NCBI GenBank assembly: GCA_032718475.1
Contig: JAUCBJ010007620.1
Span: forward strand, 124,001 to 188,000
Direction of reading: 5' to 3'
Length of the DNA stretch: 64,000 nucleotides
Source: Nemertoderma westbladi
Lineage: Eukaryota > Animalia > Xenacoelomorpha
The stretch's first letter is position 1. Each line of letters starts with the position of its first letter. The notes under the pieces are model-generated. The model was not told the DNA's origin. It ran no database searches and saw only the letters and a program-made list of their open reading frames with translations. Positions 39,248 to 51,800 of the stretch are shown here, one piece after another. A program made the translations under genes and the position numbers.

Positions 39248-42200
39248 CGACTATTGCAATAATGGAAAAGGTAAGTGAAATCCATTGTCAGACAACATGC
39301 GACTAATGTAAAGATGGAAAAAGTAAGTGAAATCCATTGTCAGACAACATGCGACTATTGTAAAGATGGAAAAAGTAAGTGAAAACCATTGTCAGACAAC
39401 ATGCGACTATTATAGAGATGGAAAAAGTAAGTGAAATCCATTGTCAGACAACATGCGACTATTGTAAAGATTGAAAAAGTAAGTGAAAACCATTGTCAGA
39501 CAACATGCGACTATTATAGAGATGGAAAAAGTAAGTGAAATCCATTGTCAGACAACATGCGACTATTGTAAAGATTGAAAAAGTAAGTGAAATCCATTGT
39601 CAGACAACATGCGACTATTGTAAAGATGGAAAAAGTAAGTGAAATCCATTTCAGACAACATGCGACTATTGTAAAGATGGAAAAATTAAGTGAAATCCAT
39701 TGTCAGACAACATGCGACAATTGCAATAATGGAAAAAGTAAGTGAAATCCATTGTCAGGCAACATGCGACTATTGTAAAGATGGAAAAAGTAAGTGAAAT
39801 CCATTGTCAGACAACATGCGACTATTGCAATAATGGAAAAGGTAAGTGAAATCCATTGTCAGAAAACATGCGACTATTGCAATAATGGAAAAGGTAAGTG
39901 AAATCCATTGTCAGAGAACATGCGACTATTGTAAAGATGGAAAAAGTTAGTGAAATCCATTGTCAGACAACATGCGACTATTGTAAAGATGTAAAAAGTA
40001 AGTGAAATCCATTGTCAGACAACATGCGACTATTTTAAAGATGGAAAAAGTAAGTGAAATCCATTGTCAGACAACATGCGACTATTGTAAACATGGAAAA
40101 AGTAAGTGAAATCCATTGTCAGACAACATGCGACTATTGTAAACATGGAAAAAGTTAGTGAAATCCATTGTCAGACAACATGCGACTATTTTAAAGATGG
40201 AAAAAGTAAGTGAAATCCATTGTCAGACAACATGCGACTATTGTAAACATGGAAAAAGTAAGTGAAATCCATTGTCAGACAACATGCGACTATTGTAAAG
40301 ATGTAAAAAGTAAGTGAAATCCATTGTCAGACAACATGCGACTATTTTAAAGATGGAAAAAGTAAGTGAAATCCATTGTCAGACAACATGCGACTATTGT
40401 AAACATAGAAAAAGTAAGTGAAATAAATCCATTGTCAGACAACATGCGACTATTGTAAAGATGTAAAAAGTAAGTGAAATCCATTGTCAGACAACATGCG
40501 ACTATTGTAAAGATGTAAAAAGTAAGTGAAATCCATTGTCAGACAACATGCGTCTATTGCAATAATGGAAAAGGTAAGTGAAATCCATTGTCAGAAAACA
40601 TGCGACTATTGCAATAATGGAAAAGGTAAGTGAAATCCATTGTCAGAGAACATGCGACTATTGTAAAGATGGAAAAAGTTAGTGAAATCCATTGTCAGAC
40701 AACATGCGACTATTGTAAAGATGTAAAAAGTAAGTGAAATCCATTGTCAGACAACATGCGACTATTTTAAAGATGGAAAAAGTAAGTGAAATCCATTGTC
40801 AGACAACATGCGACTATTGTAAACATGGAAAAAGTAAGTGAAATCCATTGTCAGAGAACATGCGACTATTGTAAACATGGAAAAAGTAAGTGAAATCCAT
40901 TGTCAGACAACATGCGACTATTGTAAACATGGAAAAAGTTAGTGAAATCCATTGTCAGACAACATGCGACTATTTTAAAGATGGAAAAAGTAAGTGAAAT
41001 CCATTGTCAGACAACATGCGACTATTGTAAACATGGAAAAAGTAAGTGAAATCCATTGTAAACATGGAAAAAGTAAGTGAAATCCATTGTCAGACAACAT
41101 GCGACTATTGTAAACATGGAAAAAGTTAGTGAAATCCATTGTCAGACAACATGCGACTATTGTAAAGATGTAAAAAGTAAGTGAAATCCATTGTCAGACA
41201 ACATGCGACTATTTTAAAGATGGAAAAAGTAAGTGAAATCCATTTCAGACAACATGCGACTATTGTAAAGATGGAAAAATTAAGTGAAATCCATTGTCAG
41301 ACAACATGCGACTATTGCAATAATGGAAAAGGTAAGTGAAATCCATTGTCAGACAACATGCGACTATTGCAATAATGGAAAAGGTAAGTGAAATCCATTG
41401 TCAGACAACATGCGACTATTGTAAAGATGGAAAAAGTAAGTGAAATCCATTTCAGACAACATGCGACTATTGTAAAGATGGAAAAACTAAGTGAAATCCA
41501 TTGTCAGACAACATGCGACTATTGTAAAGATGGAAAAAGTAAGTGAAATCCATTTCAGACAACATGCGACTATTGTAAAGATGGAAAAATTAAGTGAAAT
41601 CCATTGTCAGACAACATGCGACTATTGCAATAATGGAAAAAGTAAGTGAAATCCATTGTCAGACAACATGCGACTATTGTAAAGATGGAAAAAGTAAGTG
41701 AAATCCATTTCAGACAACATGCGACTATTGTAAAGATGGAAAAATTAAGTGAAATCCATTGTCAGACAACATGCGACTATTGCAATAATGGAAAAAGTAA
41801 GTGAAATCCATTGTCAGACAACATGCGACTATTGTAAATATGGAAAAAGTAAGTGAAATCCATTGTCAGACAACATGCGACTATTGCAATAATGGAAAAG
41901 GTAAGTGAAATCCATTGTCAGACAACATGCGACTATTGCAATAATGGAAAAGGTAAGTGAAATCCATTGTCAGACAACATGCGACTATTGCAATAATGGA
42001 AAAGGTAAGTGAAATCCATTGTCAGACAACATGGGACTATTGTAAAGATGGAAAAATTAAGTGAAATCCATTGTCAGACAACATGGGACTATTGTAAAGA
42101 TGGAAAAATTAAGTGAAATCCATTGTCAGACAACATGCGACTATTGCAATAATGGAACAAGTAAGTGAAATCCATTGTCAGACAACATGCGACTATTGTA

Positions 42201-43429
42201 AAGATGGAAAAATTAAGTGAAATCCATTGTCAGACAACATGCGACTATTGCAATAATGGAAAAGGTAAGTGAAATCCATTGTCAGACAACATGCGACTAT
42301 TGCAATAATGGAAAAGGTTAGTGAAATCCATTGTCAGACAACATGCGACTATTGTAAAGATGGAAAAAGTAAGTGAAATCCATTGTCAGACAACATGCGA
42401 CTATTTTAAAGATGGAAAAAGTAAGTGAAATCCATTGTCAGACAACATGCGACTATTTTAAAGATGGAAAAGTAAGTGAAATCCATTGTCAGACAACATG
42501 CGACTATTTTAAAGATGGAAAAAGTAAGTGAAATCCATTGTCAGACAACATGCGACTATTTTAAAGATGTAAAAAGTAAGTGAAATCCATTGTCAGACAT
42601 CATGCGTCTATTGTAAAGATTGAAAAAGTAAGTGAAATCCATTGTCAGACAACATGCGACTATTGTAGAGATGGAAAAAGTAAGTGAAATCCATTGTCAG
42701 ACAACATGCGACTATTTTAAAGATGGAAAAAGTAAGTGAAATCCATTGTCAGACAACATGCGACTATTTTAAAGATGTAAAAAGTAAGTGAAATCCATTG
42801 TCAGACATCATGCGTCTATTGTAAAGATTGAAAAAGTAAGTGAAATCCATTGTCAGACAACATGCGACTATTGTAGAGATGGAAAAAGTAAGTGAAATCC
42901 ATTGTCAGACAACATGCGTCTATTGTAAAGATTGAAAAAGTAAGTGAAATCCATTGTCAGACAACATGCGACTATTGTAGAGTTGGAAAAAGTAAGTGAA
43001 ATCCATTGTCAGACAACATGCGACTATTTTAAAGATGGAAAAAGTAAGTGAAATCCATTGTCAGACAACATGCGACTATTGTAAAGATGTTAAAAGTAAG
43101 TGAAAACCATTGTCAGACAACATGCGACTATTGTAAAGATTGAAAAAGTAAGTGAAATCCATTGTCAGACAACATGCGACTATTGTAAAGATGGAAAAAG
43201 TAAGTGAAATCCATTGTCAGACAACATTCGACTATTGTAAAGATGTTAAAAGTAAGTGAAAACCATTGTCAGACAACATGCGACTATTGTAAAGATTGAA
43301 AAAGTAAGTGAAATCCATTGTCAGACAACATGCGACTATTTTAAAGATGGAAAAAGTAAGTGAAATCCATTGTCAGACAACATTCGACTATTGTAAAGAT
43401 GTTAAAAGTAAGTGAAATCCATTGTCAGA

Positions 43430-46400
43430 CAACATGCGACTATTGTAAAGATGGAAAAAGTAAGTGAAATCCATTGTCAGACAACATGCGACAATTGTAA
43501 AGATGGAAAGAGTAAGTGAAAACCATTGTCAGACAACATGCGACAATTGTAAAGATTGAAAAAGTAAGTGAAATCCATTGTCAGACAACATGCGACTATT
43601 TTAAAGATGGAAAAAGTAAGTGAAATCCATTGTCAGACAACATGCGACTATTTTAAAGATGGAAAAGTAAGTGAAATCCATTGTCAGACAACATGCGACT
43701 ATTTTAAAGATGGAAAAAGTAAGTGAAATCCATTGTCAGACAACATGCGACTATTTTAAAGATGTAAAAAGTAAGTGAAATCCATTGTCAGACATCATGC
43801 GTCTATTGTAAAGATTGAAAAAGTAAGTGAAATCCATTGTCAGACAACATGCGACTATTGTAGAGATGGAAAAAGTAAGTGAAATCCATTGTCAGACAAC
43901 ATGCGACTATTTTAAAGATGGAAAAAGTAAGTGAAATCCATTGTCAGACAACATGCGACTATTTTAAAGATGTAAAAAGTAAGTGAAATCCATTGTCAGA
44001 CATCATGCGTCTATTGTAAAGATTGAAAAAGTAAGTGAAATCCATTGTCAGACAACATGCGACTATTGTAGAGATGGAAAAAGTAAGTGAAATCCATTGT
44101 CAGACATCATGCGTCTATTGTAAAGATGGAAAAAGTAAGTGAAATCCATTGTCAGACAACATGCGACTATTGTAGAGTTGGAAAAAGTAAGTGAAATCCA
44201 TTGTCAGACAACATGCGACTATTTTAAAGATGTAAAAAGTAAGTGAAATCCATTGTCAGACATCATGCGTCTATTGTAAAGATTGAAAAAGTAAGTGAAA
44301 TCCATTGTCAGACAACATGCGACTATTGTAGAGTTGGAAAAAGTAAGTGAAATCCATTGTCAGACATCATGCGACTATTTTAAAGATGGAAAAAGTAAGT
44401 GAAATCCATTGTCAGACAACATGCGACTATTGTAAAGATGTTAAAAGTAAGTGAAAACCATTGTCAGACAACATGCGACTATTGTAAAGATTGAAAAAGT
44501 AAGTGAAATCCATTGTCAGACAACATGCGACTATTTTAAAGATGGAAAAAGTAAGTGAAATCCATTGTCAGACAACATTCGACTATTGTAAAGATGTTAA
44601 AAGTAAGTGAAAACCATTGTCAGACAACATGCGACTATTGTAAAGATGTAAAAAGTAAGTGAAATCCATTGTCAGACAACATGCGACTATTGTAAAGATT
44701 GAAAAAGTAAGTGAAATCCATTGTCATACAACATGCGACTATTGCAATAATGGAAAAGATAAGTGAAATCCATTGTCAGACAACTTGCGACTATTGTAAA
44801 GATGGAAAAAGTAAGTGAAATCCATTGTCAGACAACACGCGACTATTGTAAAGATGGAAAAAGTAAGTGAAATCCATTGTCAGACAACATGCGACAATTG
44901 TAAAGATGGAAAAAGTAAGTGAAAACCATTGTCAGACAACATGCGACAATTGTAAATATTGAAAAAGTAAGTGAAATCCATTGTCAGACAACATGCGACT
45001 ATTTTAAAGATGGAAAAAGTAAGTGAAATCCATTGTCAGACAACATGCGACTATTGTAAAGATGGAAAAAAAGTAAGTGAAATCCATTGTCAGACAACAC
45101 GCGACTATTGTAAAGATGGAAAAAGTAAGTGAAATCCATTGTCAGACAACATGCGACAATTGTAAAGATGGAAAAAGTAAGTGAAAACCATTGTCAGACA
45201 ACATGCGACAATTGTAAAGATTGAAAAAGTAAGTGAAATCCATTGTCAGACAACATGCGACTATTTTAAAGATGGAAAAAGTAAGTGAAATCCATTGTCA
45301 GACAACATGCGACTATTGTAAAGATGGAAAAAGTAAGTGAAATCCATTGTCAGACAACATGCGACTATTGTAAAGATGGAAAAAGTAAGTGAAATCCATT
45401 GTCAGACAACATGCGACCATTGTAAAGATGGTAAAAGTAAGTGAAATCCATTGTCAGACAACATGCGACTATTGTAAAGATGGAAAACGTAAGTGAAATC
45501 CATTGTCAGACAACATGCGACTATTTTAAAGATGGAAAAAGTAAGTGAAATCCATTGTCAGACAACATGCGACTATAGTAAAGATGGAAAAAGTCAGTGA
45601 AATCCATTGTCAGACAACATGCGACTATAGTAAAGATGGAAAAAGGAAAAAGTAAGTGAAATCCATTGTCAGAGAACATGCGACTATTGTAAAGATTGAA
45701 AAAGTAAGTGAAATCCATTGTTAGACAACATGCGACTATTGTAAAGATGGAAAAAGTAAGTGAAATCCATTGTCAGACAACATGCGACTAGTGTAAAGAT
45801 TGAAAAAGTAAGTGAAAACCATTATCAGACAACATGCGACTATAGTAAAGATGGAAAAAGGAAAAAGTAAGTGAAATCCATTGTCAGAGAACATGCGACT
45901 ATTGTAAAGATGGAAAAAGTAAGTGAAATCCATTGTCAAACAACATGCGACTAGAAAAAGTAAGTGAAATCCATTGTCAGACAACATGCGACTATTGTAA
46001 AGATGGAAAAAGTTAGTGAAATCCATTGTCAGACAACATGTGACTATTGTAAAGATGGAAAAGGTAAGTGAAATCCATTGTCAGACAACATGCGACTAGT
46101 GTAAATATTGAAAAAGTAAGTGAAAACCATTGTCAGACAACATGCGACTATTGTAAAGATGGAAAAAGTAAGTGAAATCCATTGTCAGACAACATGCGAC
46201 AATTGTAAAGATGGAAAGAGTAAGTGAAAACCATTGTCAGACAACATGCGACAATTGTAAAGATTGAAAAAGTAAGTGAAATCCATTGTCAGACAACATG
46301 CGACTATTTTAAAGATGGAAAAAGTAAGTGAAATCCATTGTCAGACAACATGCGACTATTTTAAAGATGGAAAAGTAAGTGAAATCCATTGTCAGACAAC

Positions 46401-48850
46401 ATGCGACTATTTTAAAGATGGAAAAAGTAAGTGAAATCCATTGTCAGACAACATGCGACTATTTTAAAGATGTAAAAAGTAAGTGAAATCCATTGTCAGA
46501 CATCATGCGTCTATTGTAAAGATTGAAAAAGTAAGTGAAATCCATTGTCAGACAACATGCGACTATTGTAGAGATGGAAAAAGTAAGTGAAATCCATTGT
46601 CAGACAACATGCGACTATTTTAAAGATGGAAAAAGTAAGTGAAATCCATTGTCAGACAACATGCGACTATTTTAAAGATGTAAAAAGTAAGTGAAATCCA
46701 TTGTCAGACATCATGCGTCTATTGTAAAGATTGAAAAAGTAAGTGAAATCCATTGTCAGACAACATGCGACTATTGTAGAGATGGAAAAAGTAAGTGAAA
46801 TCCATTGTCAGACATCATGCGTCTATTGTAAAGATGGAAAAAGTAAGTGAAATCCATTGTCAGACAACATGCGACTATTGTAGAGTTGGAAAAAGTAAGT
46901 GAAATCCATTGTCAGACAACATGCGACTATTTTAAAGATGTAAAAAGTAAGTGAAATCCATTGTCAGACATCATGCGTCTATTGTAAAGATTGAAAAAGT
47001 AAGTGAAATCCATTGTCAGACAACATGCGACTATTGTAGAGTTGGAAAAAGTAAGTGAAATCCATTGTCAGACAACATGCGACTATTTTAAAGATGGAAA
47101 AAGTAAGTGAAATCCATTGTCAGACAACATGCGACTATTGTAAAGATGTTAAAAGTAAGTGAAAACCATTGTCAGACAACATGCGACTATTGTAAAGATT
47201 GAAAAAGTAAGTGAAATCCATTGTCAGACAACATGCGACTATTTTAAAGATGGAAAAAGTAAGTGAAATCCATTGTCAGACAACATTCGACTATTGTAAA
47301 GATGTTAAAAGTAAGTGAAAACCATTGTCAGACAACATGCGACTATTGTAAAGATTGAAAAAGTAAGTGAAATCCATTGTCAGACAACATGCGACTATTG
47401 TAAAGATTGAAAAAGTAAGTGAAATCCATTGTCATACAACATGCGACTATTGCAATAATGGAAAAGATAAGTGAAATCCATTGTCAGACAACTTGCGACT
47501 ATTGTAAAGATGGAAAAAGTAAGTGAAATCCATTGTCAGACAACACGCGACTATTGTAAAGATGGAAAAAGTAAGTGAAATCCATTGTCAGACAACATGC
47601 GACAATTGTAAAGATGGAAAAAGTAAGTGAAAACCATTGTCAGACAACATGCGACAATTGTAAATATTGAAAAAGTAAGTGAAATCCATTGTCAGACAAC
47701 ATGCGACTATTTTAAAGATGGAAAAAGTAAGTGAAATCCATTGTCAGACAACATGCGACTATTGTAAAGATGGAAAAAAAGTAAGTGAAATCCATTGTCA
47801 GACAACACGCGACTATTGTAAAGATGGAAAAAGTAAGTGAAATCCATTGTCAGACAACATGCGACAATTGTAAAGATGGAAAAAGTAAGTGAAAACCATT
47901 GTCAGACAACATGCGACAATTGTAAAGATTGAAAAAGTAAGTGAAATCCATTGTCAGACAACATGCGACTATTTTAAAGATGGAAAAAGTAAGTGAAATC
48001 CATTGTCAGACAACATGCGACTATTGTAAAGATGGAAAAAGTAAGTGAAATCCATTGTCAGACAACATGCGACTATTGTAAAGATGGAAAAAGTAAGTGA
48101 AATCCATTGTCAGACAACATGCGACCATTGTAAAGATGGTAAAAGTAAGTGAAATCCATTGTCAGACAACATGCGACTATTGTAAAGATGGAAAACGTAA
48201 GTGAAATCCATTGTCAGACAACATGCGACTATTTTAAAGATGGAAAAAGTAAGTGAAATCCATTGTCAGACAACATGCGACTATAGTATAGATGGAAAAA
48301 GTCAGTGAAATCCATTGTCAGACAACATGCGACTATAGTAAAGATGGAAAAAGGAAAAAGTAAGTGAAATCCATTGTCAGAGAACATGCGACTATTGTAA
48401 AGATTGAAAAAGTAAGTGAAATCCATTGTTAGACAACATGCGACTATTGTAAAGATGGAAAAAGTAAGTGAAATCCATTGTCAGACAACATGCGACTAGT
48501 GTAAAGATTGAAAAAGTAAGTGAAAACCATTATCAGACAACATGCGACTATAGTAAAGATGGAAAAAGGAAAAAGTAAGTGAAATCCATTGTCAGAGAAC
48601 ATGCGACTATTGTAAAGATGGAAAAAGTAAGTGAAATCCATTGTCAAACAACATGCGACTAGAAAAAGTAAGTGAAATCCATTGTCAGACAACATGCGAC
48701 TATTGTAAAGATGGAAAAAGTTAGTGAAATCCATTGTCAGACAACATGTGACTATTGTAAAGATGGAAAAGGTAAGTGAAATCCATTGTCAGACAACATG
48801 CGACTAGTGTAAAGATTGAAAAAGTAAGTGAAAACCATTGTCAGACAACA
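43430..48850 (+). repeat. Tandem higher-order duplication, period 2,708 bp (about 52 monomers)
   Basis: GGAAAGAG, GTCATACA, GGAAAAGATAAG, GGTAAAAG, AGTCAGTG and the 11-bp deletion CGACTAGAAAAAG recur in order; ORF track 45521/48229 and 45736/48444. Confidence 0.88.
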
Positions 48851-48869
48851 TGCGACTATTGTAAAGATG

Positions 48870-51800
48870 GAAAAAGTAAGTGAAATCCATTGTCAGACAA
48901 CATGCGACTATTGTAAAGATGGAAAAAGTAAGTGAAATCCATTGTCAGACAACATGCGACTAGTATAAAGATTGAAAAAGTAAGTGAAAACCATTGTCAG
49001 ACAACATGCGACTATTGTAAAGATGGAAAAAGTAAGTGAAAACCATTGTCAGACAACATGCGACTATAGTAAAGATTGAAAACGTAAGTGAAATCCATTG
49101 TCAAAAACATGCGACCAATGTAATAATGGAAAAAGTAAGTGAAATCCATTGTCAGACAACGTGCGTCTATTGTAAAGATGGAAAAAGTAAGTGAAATCCA
49201 TTGTCAGACAATATGCGACCAATGTAATAATGGAAAAAGTAAGTGAAATCCATTGTCAGACAACGTGCGTCTATTGTAAAGATGGAAACAGTAAGTGAAA
49301 TCCATTGTCAGACAACATGCGACCATTGTAAAGATTGAAAAGTAAGTGAAATCCATTGTCAGACAACATGCGACCAATGTAATAATGGAAAAAGTAAGTG
49401 AAATCCATTGTCAGACGACGTGCGTCTATTGTAAAGATGGAAAACGTAAGTGAAATCCATTGTCAGACAACATGCGACCAATGTAATAATGGAAAAAGTA
49501 AGTGAAATCCATTGTCAGACAACGTGCGTCTATTGTAAAGATGGAAAAAGTAAGTGAAATCCATTGTCAGACAACATGCGACCAATGTAATAATGGAAAA
49601 AGTAAGTGAAATCCATTGTCAGAGAACATGCGACTATTGTAAAGATGGAAAAAGTAAGTGAAAACCATTGTCAGACAACATGCGACTATTGTAGAGATGG
49701 AAAAAGTAAGTGAAATCCATTGTCAGAGAACATGCGACTATTGTACAGATGGAAAAAGTAAGTGAAAACCATTGTCAGACAACATGCGACTATTGTAAAG
49801 ATTGAAAAAGTAAGTGAAATCCATTGTCAGACAACAAGCGACCATTGTAAAGATGGAAAAAGTAAGTAAAATCCATTGTCAGACAACATGCGACTATTGT
49901 AAAGATGGAAAAAGTAAGTGAAAACCATTGTCAGACAACATGCGACTATTTTAAAGATGGAAAAAGTAAGTGAAAACCATTGTCAGACAACATGCGACTA
50001 TTTTAAAGATGGAAAAAGTAAGTGAAATCCATTGTCAGACAACATGCGACTATTGTAAAGATGGAAAAAGTAAGTGAAAACCATTGTCAGACAACATGCG
50101 ACTATTGTAAAGATTGAAAAAGTAAGTGAAATCCATTGTCAGACAACATGCGACTATTGTAAAGATTGAAAAAGTAAGTGAAATCCATTGTCAGACAACA
50201 TGCGACTATTGTAAAGATGGAAAAAGTAAGTGAAATCCATTGTCAGACAACATGCGACTATTGTAAAGATGGAAAAAGTAAGTGAAATCCATTGTCAGAC
50301 AACATGCGACTAGTATAAAGATTGAAAAAGTAAGTGAAAACCATTGTCAGACAACATGCGACTATTGTAAAGATGGAAAAAGTAAGTGAAAACCATTGTC
50401 AGACAACATGCGACTATAGTAAAGATTGAAAACGTAAGTGAAATCCATTGTCAAAAACATGCGACCAATGTAATAATGGAAAAAGTAAGTGAAATCCATT
50501 GTCAGACAACGTGCGTCTATTGTAAAGATGGAAAAAGTAAGTGAAATCCATTGTCAGACAATATGCGACCAATGTAATAATGGAAAAAGTAAGTGAAATC
50601 CATTGTCAGACAACGTGCGTCTATTGTAAAGATGGAAACAGTAAGTGAAATCCATTGTCAGACAACATGCGACCATTGTAAAGATTGAAAAAGTAAGTGA
50701 AATCCATTGTCAGACAACATGCGACCAATGTAATAATGGAAAAAGTAAGTGAAATCCATTGTCAGACGACGTGCGTCTATTGTAAAGATGGAAAACGTAA
50801 GTGAAATCCATTGTCAGACAACATGCGACCAATGTAATAAGGGAAAAAGTAAGTGAAATCCATTGTCAGACAACGTGCGTCTATTGTAAAGATGGAAAAA
50901 GTAAGTGAAATCCATTGTCAGACAACATGCGACCAATGTAATAATGGAAAAAGTAAGTGAAATCCATTGTCAGAGAACATGCGACTATTGTAAAGATGGA
51001 AAAAGTAAGTGAAAACCATTGTCAGACAACATGCGACTATTGTAGAGATGGAAAAAGTAAGTGAAATCCATTGTCAGAGAACATGCGACTATTGTAAAGA
51101 TGGAAAAAGTAAGTGAAAACCATTGTCAGACAACATGCGACTATTGTAAAGATTGAAAAAGTAAGTGAAATCCATTGTCAGACAACAAGCGACCATTGTA
51201 AAGATGGAAAAAGTAAGTAAAATCCATTGCCAGACAACATACGACTATTGTAAAGATGGAAAAAGTAAGTGAAAACCATTGTCAGACAACATGCGACTAT
51301 TTTAAAGATGGAAAAAGTAAGTGAAAACCATTGTCAGACAACATGCGACTATTTTAAAGATGGAAAAAGTAAGTGAAATCCATTGTCAGACAGCATGCGA
51401 CTATTGTAAAGATGGAATAAGTAAGTGAAAACCATTGTCAGACAACATGCGACTATTGTAAAGATTGAAAAAGTAAGTGAAATCCATTGTCAGACAACAT
51501 GCGACTATTGTAAAGATTGAAAAAGTAAGTGAAATCCATTGTCAGACAACATGCGACTATTGTAAAGATGGAAAAAGTAAGTGAAATCCATTGTCAGACA
51601 ATATGCGACTATTGTAAATATGGAAAAAGTAAGTGAAATCCATTGTCAGACAACATGCGACTATTGTAAAGATGGAAAAAGTAAGTGAAATCCATTGTCA
51701 GACAATATGCGACTATTGTAAATATGGAAAAAGTAAGTGAAATCCATTGTCAGACAACATGCGACTATTTTAAAGATGGAAAAAGTAAGTGAAATCCATT

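Noticed and set aside
39032-39262. 76-aa ORF crossing the LINE 3' UTR into the satellite
   Set aside because: It spans the insertion junction and low-complexity UTR, so it cannot be an element-encoded gene.
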